A DNA stretch of 41,679 nucleotides, taken from positions 1 through 41,679 of IMG/VR virus record IMGVR_UViG_3300030059_002710; one strand, given 5' to 3'. This stretch comes from a virus. Taxonomy: Duplodnaviria; Caudoviricetes. The notes beneath the pieces are model-generated. The model searched no databases, was not told the origin of the DNA, and saw only the letters and a list, made by a program, of their open reading frames with translations. The position numbers and the translations under genes are program-made. Shown piece after piece: positions 29,927 through 37,039 of the stretch; position 1 is the first letter of the stretch, and each line of letters starts with the position of its first letter.

Positions 29927-30635
29927 TGATGTCAGATTCTGCGCCCTCTTTGAAAAAGGTGCTGTGTATTTCGATAGCCTTCTCTACCTTCTCCCTTCCG
30001 TTCATTAGAAAATTGTCCGAAGGATAGAAGATACCTAACTGCAGAGTGATCTTGTCTATGACATAGAAGACCAATGGCTTATCAAATAACTGCTGGTATA
30101 TAAACGCTTGGCTATCGTAGTTATACTTCCTCGCAGAGTATCTGAAGTCCTTGATGTTAGAGGTGGTCTTAATGTCTATGAGCTTGTCAGACGTAATGAT
30201 GTCTGCCTTACCCTTCCATTGAGAACCTAAGATCTCTTGGACAGCTGGTACTTCGAATTGATTTCCATCCTCATATATAGCGTCATAGAACTCGAGGTTA
30301 CTTTTCATAACGGAGATTGCGCAATCGATATCCTCCTTCTCCTTGTCCAACATTAAGATGGTCTTTCCGCTTTCGTTCAAAGCATCCTTATATATCTTGG
30401 TGTTACGACTACTCGAAGAGATAGTATCGAACTCATTACTGCCGAGTTTGTGTGGCTCAAGCATAGCTGTATGAAAGTACCTTCCTATAAGCATTGGTTT
30501 AGTTATATCCTTTGCCTTACCAAAGTTCTTTGGATCGTTTAAAAGAGTATAGATATCTGAGTTAGACATCCACTGCTTACCATAAGCACCATAGTAATGC
30601 TCGTCTATCTGAAGTTTTGCTAAAATTTCATTCAT
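29898..30635 (-). CDS. PD-(D/E)XK exonuclease (RecE/DUF3799-like)
   Basis: MSNSDI, GRYFHTAMLEP, WKGKADI, DIKTT and YNYDSQAFIY motifs. Confidence 0.8.
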   Translation of the reverse strand: MNEILAKLQIDEHYYGAYGKQWMSNSDIYTLLNDPKNFGKAKDITKPMLIGRYFHTAMLEPHKLGSNEFDTISSSSRNTKIYKDALNESGKTILMLDKEKEDIDCAISVMKSNLEFYDAIYEDGNQFEVPAVQEILGSQWKGKADIITSDKLIDIKTTSNIKDFRYSARKYNYDSQAFIYQQLFDKPLVFYVIDKITLQLGIFYPSDNFLMNGREKVEKAIEIHSTFFKEGAESDINDYIHKEIL

Positions 30636-31231
30636 GACATATGCTTACTTAATTCTTTCTTCACCACCGCCTTGATCTTATACTTTGTCTCAAGGTTCTT
30701 TACTATCTTGGGAAGTCCGATTGTTTTATTTGCAACTACATACTTTAAAACACCCGCCCAATTTTCATCGCCTATATCTAATGTAATGTCAAGAGGTTCT
30801 GTAGATTTTGTAGTAGCTTTCTTAGTAGCGATAGGTTCTGCAATAGACTTGGTTAAGTCCTCACCAATCCATAGACTTAAACCTAAACCATGCATAGCAA
30901 TAGCCTTAGCCGTTGACCTCTGTATGGCGGTGTTCACATCCATAGACGTAACCTTATCTATCTTTATAGATTGGTTTCTGTAGTCCATAATAGGGAGGTA
31001 GTCAATGTGTTCTAATCCGTCTATAGTTATACCCACCTTAACATACGCTGACGTTCCATCGGTGAAATAGTTTAGACCAGTGTGTTCGTTCTCATAAACC
31101 AACCTCTGTGTAGTAGGAAACTCCTCCTTGATTAGACTCCACGCACTTGCCCACGATAGGTAGCTATGCTTACCTTTTTTTGCTATCAAATCCTTGATGT
31201 TAATAGCAGATAGTTTTTTAAAATTACTCAT
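30632..31231 (-). CDS. Sak-like single-strand annealing protein (DUF1071-type)
   Basis: YLSWASAW, LPIMDYRN and DVNTAIQRSTAKAIAMHGLGLSLWIGED motifs. Confidence 0.8.
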   Translation of the reverse strand: MSNFKKLSAINIKDLIAKKGKHSYLSWASAWSLIKEEFPTTQRLVYENEHTGLNYFTDGTSAYVKVGITIDGLEHIDYLPIMDYRNQSIKIDKVTSMDVNTAIQRSTAKAIAMHGLGLSLWIGEDLTKSIAEPIATKKATTKSTEPLDITLDIGDENWAGVLKYVVANKTIGLPKIVKNLETKYKIKAVVKKELSKHMS

Positions 31232-31661
31232 TGATACTTTTTATTTGTTGTTTTCTAATTGAATATAAGTTTAATATCTTGTCTCTTGAAGTCTTCAAGC
31301 CTCTGATATACTTGTCGTTTTTTCTGGTGTTAATCTCAATCTTTATGCGGTCCTCTATCATGTTTAATTTCCTTAAGCAGTTACCCATAGAGATGAGAAG
31401 AACTCCCTTCTCCCATCCGTTAAGATAGAAGGTGTCGTACTCCTCGTGAGTAAGCTCCTTATAGTAGTCTCCCCCTCTGCTTGTGTTTAAGATTTCCATT
31501 CTGCTTGGGTATTTATTTAACATGAACCCTAACTTTATGATGCCCATCTTCCCGCTGTGGGAAAACTTGTGAGAACCTAAATCATGCATGGCTTGATTGT
31601 ATAAATCTTCTAAGCTATACACGAGAAATTCTTTCAGATAAATTGCTATAGTCTGGATCAC
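31224..31661 (-). CDS. Hypothetical protein (true start may be downstream)
   Basis: 145-aa ORF in the operon. Confidence 0.55.
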   Translation of the reverse strand: MIQTIAIYLKEFLVYSLEDLYNQAMHDLGSHKFSHSGKMGIIKLGFMLNKYPSRMEILNTSRGGDYYKELTHEEYDTFYLNGWEKGVLLISMGNCLRKLNMIEDRIKIEINTRKNDKYIRGLKTSRDKILNLYSIRKQQIKSINE

Positions 31662-31908
31662 TTTTGATTAACTCCTTAGCTTTTTTGTTTCCATGTATGA
31701 TGGTTGAGTGGTGTATGTCTAATCCGTTATCCTTTAAATATGTTTGGATAGATGAGATACGCATAGGTCTCTCTCGGCATAGGTAGTATAACATTTGCCT
31801 TGCTTCTACAAGGTGTTGTTTACGTGATGTGCTGAACATCTCCTCTAACGTGAGGTTAAATTCTTTTGCGATAGCGTTAGCATATCTATCGAATATAGCT
31901 TTTTTCAT
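31615..31908 (-). CDS. Second DnaA domain IV-like HTH protein
   Basis: FNLTLEEMFSTSRKQHLVEARQMLYYLCRE...HHSTIIHG matches the DnaA C-terminal consensus. Confidence 0.75.
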   Translation of the reverse strand: MKKAIFDRYANAIAKEFNLTLEEMFSTSRKQHLVEARQMLYYLCRERPMRISSIQTYLKDNGLDIHHSTIIHGNKKAKELIKSDPDYSNLSERISRV

Positions 31909-31983
31909 TTCATTAAATTTTAGTGGGGTTGCAATGTATAACTTTTTTATAGAGTATGCAAGTTTTGTTCATACTTTCTTTTG

Positions 31984-32068
31984 ATAGTAAGTGGGAATCG
32001 AACCCATGTGTGCACCTCCTGAACCAACAATCGCTACACTCAGCATCCTCCAAATCGTGCCTTACTAT
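31984..32068 (-). ncRNA. tRNA-like element B1
   Basis: ATAGTAAG...TGGG-TTCGATT-CCCA-CTTACTAT: 8-bp acceptor-like stem plus 4-bp T-arm; no canonical anticodon arm. Confidence 0.6.
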
Positions 32069-32074
32069 GGTCGT

Positions 32075-32272
32075 TTATTTATCTTTCTTTGCTTCGTGTT
32101 TTAATTCTTTGATGCGAAAGGATAAAGCAAACTTCATCGCTTTAGGACTCAGCATCTGCGCTTGCTGTCTTTGTAAAGATTGTAACTCCTTTATTACTTT
32201 CTCGTTAGCGTACTCATTAAGAACCTTTTGCGCTACTTGATCCATCCAATCCCATTCTCTTGTGCTATTCAT
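32075..32272 (-). CDS. Hypothetical protein
   Basis: 65 aa, coupled to the upstream gene. Confidence 0.55.
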   Translation of the reverse strand: MNSTREWDWMDQVAQKVLNEYANEKVIKELQSLQRQQAQMLSPKAMKFALSFRIKELKHEAKKDK

Positions 32273-32603
32273 TGTTATATTCTTTAATAAATTCTACTAC
32301 TGCCTTGTATGTGGCATCCATTTTAGTGTGTCCGTTGAGGCACAAGGTTAGTCCTAATCCGCTGATGGTACATTCAAATGCCTCCATCATAACATTAAAG
32401 CAGTCACCCTTATCGTCGTGCGTACATTCTATCTTCTCTACTACGGGCATCAGCCAGTCCCATGAGGAGCCGTATAAGAAACACGACTCGTGTATTGCTT
32501 CGTAGCCTTCATCTTTTCTCTCGTCTATTAGGTAACCCGCATCCTGATGATGGGGCTTCAACCCCATGAATAGGGCTATGATTTTGTTTTCTTTATCGTT
32601 CAT
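32265..32603 (-). CDS. SWDWLMPVV-family paralog 4 (start revised to ATG 32603)
   Basis: MNDKENKIIALFMG...YGSSWDWLMPVVEKI...ATYKAVVEFIK. Confidence 0.75.
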   Translation of the reverse strand: MNDKENKIIALFMGLKPHHQDAGYLIDERKDEGYEAIHESCFLYGSSWDWLMPVVEKIECTHDDKGDCFNVMMEAFECTISGLGLTLCLNGHTKMDATYKAVVEFIKEYNNE

Positions 32604-32629
32604 GTGTTCGTTTTTTTTAATGAAATAAA

Positions 32630-32691
32630 AAACCGCTACCAAACCTCGCTGATTAACGTATGGAGGTTTTGCCGTAAACACGTAGCGGTTT
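32630..32691 (-). other. Three-way-junction structured element followed by a U tract
   Basis: AAACCGCTAC...GTAGCGGTTT outer stem and AAACCTC/GAGGTTT inner stem. Confidence 0.45.
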
Positions 32692-32695
32692 CATA

Positions 32696-32989
32696 TTATC
32701 CTTTGTGGTCTAAGCCTTCTTCAATTCTTGTTTGTTCGTCCCACTTACTACGCTCAGAGTTATGTGCTTTTATTAATGTTACACACGTATCATGTACGTC
32801 CTCAATTTCTCTACTGCCTAATGCGTTGTCAATCATTCCATGTGGATCGAAACCCTCAATCTCTATCTTATCGACTACGGGCATCAGCCAATCCCATGAG
32901 GTGTGGTATTGATTCCACTGATTAGAGGATTGTGCTTCGTGTAGCTTCCCAACCCCCATAAATTCTGCTATTAGTTTGTTATCGTTCAT
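32696..32989 (-). CDS. SWDWLMPVV-family paralog 3
   Basis: MNDNKLIAEFMG...YHTSWDWLMPVVDKI. Confidence 0.75.
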   Translation of the reverse strand: MNDNKLIAEFMGVGKLHEAQSSNQWNQYHTSWDWLMPVVDKIEIEGFDPHGMIDNALGSREIEDVHDTCVTLIKAHNSERSKWDEQTRIEEGLDHKG

Positions 32990-33227
32990 CGTTATATGTT
33001 TTAATAAATTCTACTACTGCTTTGTGTGTTGCATCTATATCGCAGTCTAATAGGGCGTGTGTAATATCCCCTATTTCGTTACTATCTGCTCCATTATGAT
33101 AACACGATTCAACCACTGGCATGAGCCAATCCCATGAGGAATTGTATTGGTATGCGTGTTCTGCATACACAGACAACCCCGTATTACGTATGTCCATAAA
33201 GTCTCCTATTAGTTTATTGTTGTTCAT
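32979..33227 (-). CDS. SWDWLMPVV-family paralog 2
   Basis: MNNNKLIGDFM...YNSSWDWLMPVVE...ATHKAVVEFIK. Confidence 0.75.
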   Translation of the reverse strand: MNNNKLIGDFMDIRNTGLSVYAEHAYQYNSSWDWLMPVVESCYHNGADSNEIGDITHALLDCDIDATHKAVVEFIKTYNDER

Positions 33228-33519
33228 CGTTGTGTTTTTTAATAAATTCTACTACTGCTTTGTATGTATCCTCTATAGATAGCTGAGATAACATCTCATC
33301 CTCTATGTTGTGGTACTTAAGTGCGTTATCATCACTGCAATAGTCCACTGATTCCTTGCACTTAATTACTACCGGCATCAACCAATCCCATGATGTGTGG
33401 TATTGTGCTTGTTCATACACATCTACATCTACGTTTATCTTTCCTTGATGTAGTGAGGCTAATGAATCCTTGAATGAATCCATCCCCATAAATTCTGCTA
33501 TTAGTTTGTTGTTGTTCAT
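33214..33519 (-). CDS. SWDWLMPVV-family paralog 1
   Basis: MNNNKLIAEFMG...YHTSWDWLMPVV...DTYKAVVEFIK. Confidence 0.75.
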   Translation of the reverse strand: MNNNKLIAEFMGMDSFKDSLASLHQGKINVDVDVYEQAQYHTSWDWLMPVVIKCKESVDYCSDDNALKYHNIEDEMLSQLSIEDTYKAVVEFIKKHNDEQQ

Positions 33520-33542
33520 TTTATTTGAGTTTAATTAATGAG

Positions 33543-33653
33543 TACACGTAGAGGAGTCGAACCTCGCACCCATATAGGAAATTCAGACAAACCTATTGTT
33601 GGGGCACCTACATTGTATCCTGAAGTTTTTGCAAACCTACAATGCTACGTGTA
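33543..33653 (-). ncRNA. tRNA-like element B2
   Basis: TACACGTA...two internal hairpins...GAGG-TTCGACT-CCTC-TACGTGTA. Confidence 0.65.
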
Positions 33654-33678
33654 TTAGATTAAATGTTTATAGATAATG

Positions 33679-33686
33679 CAAATATA
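33679..33686 (-). promoter_or_regulatory. Bacteroidota-type -7 promoter box
   Basis: TATATTTG on the - strand, about 25 nt upstream of element B2. Confidence 0.65.
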
Positions 33687-33716
33687 GTTTATAGTATGTA
33701 TACAACCTAATTAATT

Positions 33717-33953
33717 TTAACTTAATCCGTAGATGTCAGTGAAACGGATGTCTTCCCCATGCATATGAACGATCAAAATATCTTCCTCCGAGTCTCGAAC
33801 CACAAAAAGTTCAGGTGTTCCGCTTTGATTCATTATATGGTAGCGATATAACTCGTAAGAGTAGGACAAAGGATGAGTCTCTCCGCGCTCTAAATTCTGA
33901 ATGATTTCGAGGGTGATATCGTCACACGCATCGAATAATTTCTTTCTGTTCAT
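33717..33953 (-). CDS. Hypothetical early protein
   Basis: 78 aa with an AT-rich start context directly after element B3. Confidence 0.65.
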   Translation of the reverse strand: MNRKKLFDACDDITLEIIQNLERGETHPLSYSYELYRYHIMNQSGTPELFVVRDSEEDILIVHMHGEDIRFTDIYGLS

Positions 33954-33973
33954 AGTATTTAAGTTTAATTAAT

Positions 33974-34061
33974 TGGTACACGTAGAGGAGTCGAACCTCA
34001 TTGCTATTCTTTATGCGTAAAGAGTAACAATCCATCTGCGAACCACCACAGATTACGTGTA
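33974..34061 (-). ncRNA. tRNA-like element B3 (ends in CCA)
   Basis: TACACGTA-ATCTGT GGTGGTTC GCAGAT-GG-long hairpin-GAGG TTCGACT CCTC-TACGTGTA-CCA. Confidence 0.7.
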
Positions 34062-34068
34062 TGTTTAC

Positions 34069-34224
34069 TTAGTAGTATGCCTCGCACGAATCCGTACTCG
34101 GATTACCATATACATTCGTGGACCTTCCAGATGTGCAAGAAGCTAAGGATAGCATTGCTATTATTACTGATGCCCATATGACTATCGTCGTTATTTTTAG
34201 GGTGATTTCTGTGCTCTGTTTCAT
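34069..34224 (-). CDS. Small lipoprotein (51 aa; not in ORF track)
   Basis: MKQSTEITLKITTIVIWASVIIAMLSLAS-CTSGRSTNVYGNPSTDSCEAYY: hydrophobic signal plus LASC lipobox; TAATG coupling with the upstream gene. Confidence 0.65.
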   Translation of the reverse strand: MKQSTEITLKITTIVIWASVIIAMLSLASCTSGRSTNVYGNPSTDSCEAYY

Positions 34225-34460
34225 TATGATATAATATTTAAAGTTTCTATTGCTATTCTGTTGTATGTTCCAGCACTCTCGTTTTCTGCATAGAACTCTG
34301 TCTCTGTATGGTCTAAGATGTGTAGGTCATCTCCTTGTGATAAATACTCCGTAAGTAGTTCGGTGTACCGAACTCTTGCGTCAACGGGATTAGAGTATAA
34401 CTCTGTCTCGTTCTCTCCACATAGTGTGGATGATTGTTGTACTGCGAATACTTGTTTCAT
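34224..34460 (-). CDS. Hypothetical early protein
   Basis: 78 aa, coupled on both sides. Confidence 0.65.
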   Translation of the reverse strand: MKQVFAVQQSSTLCGENETELYSNPVDARVRYTELLTEYLSQGDDLHILDHTETEFYAENESAGTYNRIAIETLNIIS

Positions 34461-34681
34461 GTTAATAGGTTTTTAATTTTAGATATAGTGTCCATCTCTG
34501 TTCCTAAGTTTTTGCGTAGCTTACCTACCTTTGTTTCATACATATTTACTCTTGTTGAATATGCAAGGATGGTTTCTCTTAAGTCTTCGATGTCTGCCTC
34601 TTGCTTCTCAATCTTCTCAACGGCTCTCTCAAGGTCGAAGGAGCGTTGTGTTGCAAGGTCTTGGTATTCTGATTTTGTCAT
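34457..34681 (-). CDS. Hypothetical coiled-coil protein
   Basis: 74 aa with a heptad pattern; follows element A1. Confidence 0.65.
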   Translation of the reverse strand: MTKSEYQDLATQRSFDLERAVEKIEKQEADIEDLRETILAYSTRVNMYETKVGKLRKNLGTEMDTISKIKNLLT

Positions 34682-34710
34682 TATATTATATTAAATTAGT
34701 GAATAATTAG

Positions 34711-34757
34711 AGCGGAGAACGGGAGCGAATCCGTTCGAGTCACGCACTGACTCCGCT
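34711..34757 (-). repeat. 47-nt structured repeat A1
   Basis: AGCGGA-GTCA GTGCG TGAC-TC-GAACGG ATTCGCTC CCGTTC-TCCGCT. Confidence 0.9.
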
Positions 34758-34764
34758 TGTTGGG

Positions 34765-35079
34765 TTATGCTAAGTATTGATTTCCGTATACTTTCTTGAA
34801 GTATATCTCTCTCTCTTCGCTTGTGATGGTGTTAGCATATAGCTTTGACTGAAGATAACTATTAATCGCGCTTTTCTCTGCAAACCATTCGCGGAGCGTA
34901 GTGAATGCTTGAGTATCGCTCATTGGAACAAAACGCCCTTTGGATACGCTCCACGTGTTCATCTCACGTGTTCGCTCCCACCACGATTGGAGAGCGTCTT
35001 CTTTGCAATCTGAGACGTTCTCTACGTACCATTTGACGTAGCGGTCTTGCAGTCTGTTTAACTTGTCTTGTACACTCAT
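34765..35079 (-). CDS. Hypothetical early protein
   Basis: 104 aa, flanked by A2 and A1. Confidence 0.7.
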   Translation of the reverse strand: MSVQDKLNRLQDRYVKWYVENVSDCKEDALQSWWERTREMNTWSVSKGRFVPMSDTQAFTTLREWFAEKSAINSYLQSKLYANTITSEEREIYFKKVYGNQYLA

Positions 35080-35107
35080 TGTATATTAGATTAGTGAATA
35101 AAAATAG

Positions 35108-35154
35108 AGCGGAGAACGGGAGCGAATCCGTTCGAGTCACGCACTGACTCCGCT
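35108..35154 (-). repeat. 47-nt structured repeat A2
   Basis: Identical to A1. Confidence 0.9.
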
Positions 35155-35160
35155 TGTGGG

Positions 35161-35382
35161 TTACCGGGATTGAAGGTCACACGCCTTATCTCTCCATTCA
35201 TCGCGTGACTTCCTCACCAGTTCAATCTCCTTCTCAGCTGAGAGATGGTCTGTCTGTTGTCTCATCACCAAGTCTTCGCTTTTTCTGGCTCTTTGAAGGG
35301 CGTTTTGAAGCGCGATTTTTAGGTCTTGGATTTGCTTTTCTAAGCCTCTCGCGTGTTCGAATCTCTCTTGTGTAGTCATCAT
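35161..35382 (-). CDS. Hypothetical coiled-coil protein
   Basis: 73 aa, ATGA-coupled to the upstream gene. Confidence 0.6.
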   Translation of the reverse strand: MMTTQERFEHARGLEKQIQDLKIALQNALQRARKSEDLVMRQQTDHLSAEKEIELVRKSRDEWRDKACDLQSR

Positions 35383-35684
35383 ATTGTTGTAGGTATTGTT
35401 GCAAGGAGGATGTGTATCTTCTTGAAGTGATTGATATATTTAAGTTCATCGTTTAACGCTTCCAAAACCTCGTCGATCGGATACTCGTCAGCCTCTGCAT
35501 ATAGGCTCTGAGCGCGTTCGTATGAGTGGAGCATATGGTCGTGGTAAGTATCTACAAGGGTGTTAGGCATTCCAAAAGGAGATGATGGCTTTCGTTGTGA
35601 ATCCGTAGGTGTCTTGTATACTCCATACGTAGCGTATGTGTCGTATATCTTACGCATTATATTTTGTGTTTTCTTGATATTCAT
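35379..35684 (-). CDS. Hypothetical early protein
   Basis: 101 aa, starts MNIKK. Confidence 0.65.
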   Translation of the reverse strand: MNIKKTQNIMRKIYDTYATYGVYKTPTDSQRKPSSPFGMPNTLVDTYHDHMLHSYERAQSLYAEADEYPIDEVLEALNDELKYINHFKKIHILLATIPTTI

Positions 35685-35971
35685 AGTGATAGGTATTTTG
35701 CTTTTAACATCTTCTCATTCTCGTAGTAGTTATCCTTCGCTTCGTTGTACGCATCTCGGTACTCTGCTCGGGTATCTCTATCCGTATGTTCACTACAATT
35801 AGACTCCATATCGCATTCCGCTTGTAGCCAATCGTAGTTAGACTGAAGGTCGTTGAAGCGGTAGCGTAGAGTAAGTAATTCCTCAGCTAAATTTCGCGCA
35901 CCGCCAATAACCTCACTGCCCCCTTCCATCCTTTCCACAAGGCGTTCTATAAGTTCTTTCTTGATATTCAT
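35681..35971 (-). CDS. Hypothetical early protein flanked by 22-bp direct repeats
   Basis: 96 aa, starts MNIKK and ends LSL. Confidence 0.65.
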   Translation of the reverse strand: MNIKKELIERLVERMEGGSEVIGGARNLAEELLTLRYRFNDLQSNYDWLQAECDMESNCSEHTDRDTRAEYRDAYNEAKDNYYENEKMLKAKYLSL

Positions 35972-36222
35972 AGTGATAAGTTTTGAAGGATGTCCATTGC
36001 CTTGCCCATCGCATAGCTTCTGCGCTGAGTCATCGTACCTGCAATCTGTGGTGCAGGTAGACCTATTGTTCTGCTTCGTCTTAGGCTGTCAAGGAATACT
36101 GACGCAAATTCATTTGGCGGTCCCACTAACTTATTATCGAGGTCAAAACTATAATGACTCTCGTTCCTTTGGATAGCATCAGCTATCGCATTCGTGTGTT
36201 CAATCCTGTCTTGTAATGTCAT
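35968..36222 (-). CDS. Hypothetical early protein
   Basis: 84 aa, follows A3 and ends LSL. Confidence 0.65.
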   Translation of the reverse strand: MTLQDRIEHTNAIADAIQRNESHYSFDLDNKLVGPPNEFASVFLDSLRRSRTIGLPAPQIAGTMTQRRSYAMGKAMDILQNLSL

Positions 36223-36251
36223 AGTGTATTAGATTGGTGAATAATAATTAG

Positions 36252-36298
36252 AGCGGAGAACGGGAGCGAATCCGTTCGAGGTGCGCACTACCTCCGCT
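36252..36298 (-). repeat. 47-nt structured repeat A3
   Basis: Small hairpin variant GGTA GTGCG CACC; the rest is identical to A1. Confidence 0.9.
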
Positions 36299-36304
36299 TA
36301 TCTT

Positions 36305-36643
36305 CTACTTCTTTGCAAATGTGTACCAAGTAGCTACGAGACGATTGACTTCGCTCAAAACGTCCCTGACGTACTCGCTGTCTTCGAAGCGTCCATGACG
36401 CGAGATATATGCTCCGCAGACGTCTGCGTTAAAGGATGCCTTCTCCGCTCTGTCAAGTATCCAATGACCTTCATGTGTGACCTGAAACGTGGCGTCTGTC
36501 AATCCGACTATCTCGAGGTCTTCTGCGATGATGAGGTCTGTATCTCCGACTTTAAGCAAGTCAAGGTCTGTGTTCTCGAAGAGCAAAGCGTATAGGAAGT
36601 CACGCTTCTGGTTTAAGATGTATCTTGTTTCTTTATTGAACAT
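36305..36643 (-). CDS. Hypothetical early protein
   Basis: 112 aa with CACTAAAACACAATACCATG start context; flanked by A4 and A3. Confidence 0.7.
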   Translation of the reverse strand: MFNKETRYILNQKRDFLYALLFENTDLDLLKVGDTDLIIAEDLEIVGLTDATFQVTHEGHWILDRAEKASFNADVCGAYISRHGRFEDSEYVRDVLSEVNRLVATWYTFAKK

Positions 36644-36672
36644 GGTATTGTGTTTTAGTGAATAATAATTAG

Positions 36673-36719
36673 AGCGGAGAGACGGAGCGAATCATCTCGA
36701 GGCACGCACTGCCTCCGCT
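36673..36719 (-). repeat. 47-nt structured repeat A4
   Basis: Compensatory variants GGCA/TGCC and GAGATG/CGTCTC. Confidence 0.9.
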
Positions 36720-36727
36720 TGTTAGTG

Positions 36728-36952
36728 TTACTGAATTTCGATCGTCCTCTCTTCGATAGCCTCTTGCATCTCGTCCTCCCAATCTGAGCCAAGCATATTC
36801 TCGTACACTTCCTCTCGTATAACGTGCGCCCAATTGGTGCGTACATTGTACTGCCCCGATGCAACCATCTCGTCAGATGGGGTGTAGTACACCTCAATTC
36901 TGATGTTGTCTTGGTCTCTCTGTCCGCAGTTTACTACTTTGAAATCGTTCAT
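36728..36952 (-). CDS. Hypothetical early protein
   Basis: 74 aa with the same start context as 36643; flanked by A5 and A4. Confidence 0.7.
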   Translation of the reverse strand: MNDFKVVNCGQRDQDNIRIEVYYTPSDEMVASGQYNVRTNWAHVIREEVYENMLGSDWEDEMQEAIEERTIEIQ

Positions 36953-36981
36953 GGTATTGTGTTTTAGTGAATAATAATTAG

Positions 36982-37028
36982 AGCGGAGGATGGGAGCGAA
37001 TCCATCCGAGTCACGCGCTGACTCCGCT
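36982..37028 (-). repeat. 47-nt structured repeat A5
   Basis: Compensatory variant GGATGG/CCATCC. Confidence 0.9.
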
Positions 37029-37039
37029 TGTTAGTGTTA

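Noticed and set aside
32604-32681. N-terminal extension of the 138-aa ORF given in the track
   Set aside because: It runs through the structured intergenic element, and paralog alignment places the start at ATG 32603.
32630-32691. Hammerhead ribozyme
   Set aside because: A three-stem layout is present, but the CUGAnGA and GAAA core is not correctly formed on either strand.
32265-33519. Diversity-generating retroelement target/template repeats
   Set aside because: Differences between paralogs are whole-segment replacements rather than adenine-specific substitutions, and no reverse transcriptase is in the window.
31984-34061. Calling B1-B3 functional tRNA genes
   Set aside because: They have no 5-bp/7-nt anticodon arm, a 4-bp T-stem and non-canonical D regions; they are reported as tRNA-like elements instead.
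36655-36897. Alternative-frame ORFs running through family A repeats (also 35154-35375 and 36281-36595)
   Set aside because: They overlap better-supported genes that have the conserved start context, and they cross or abut the structured repeats.
34711-37028. CRISPR array interpretation of the 47-nt repeats
   Set aside because: The repeats are separated by whole genes (about 260-1100 bp), not 30-40-nt spacers, and no cas genes are present.
34711-37028. Integron attC sites
   Set aside because: Some copies are preceded by AAC-ending sequence (ACCCAAC, CACTAAC), but there is no matching GTTRRRY at the other end and no integrase in the window.
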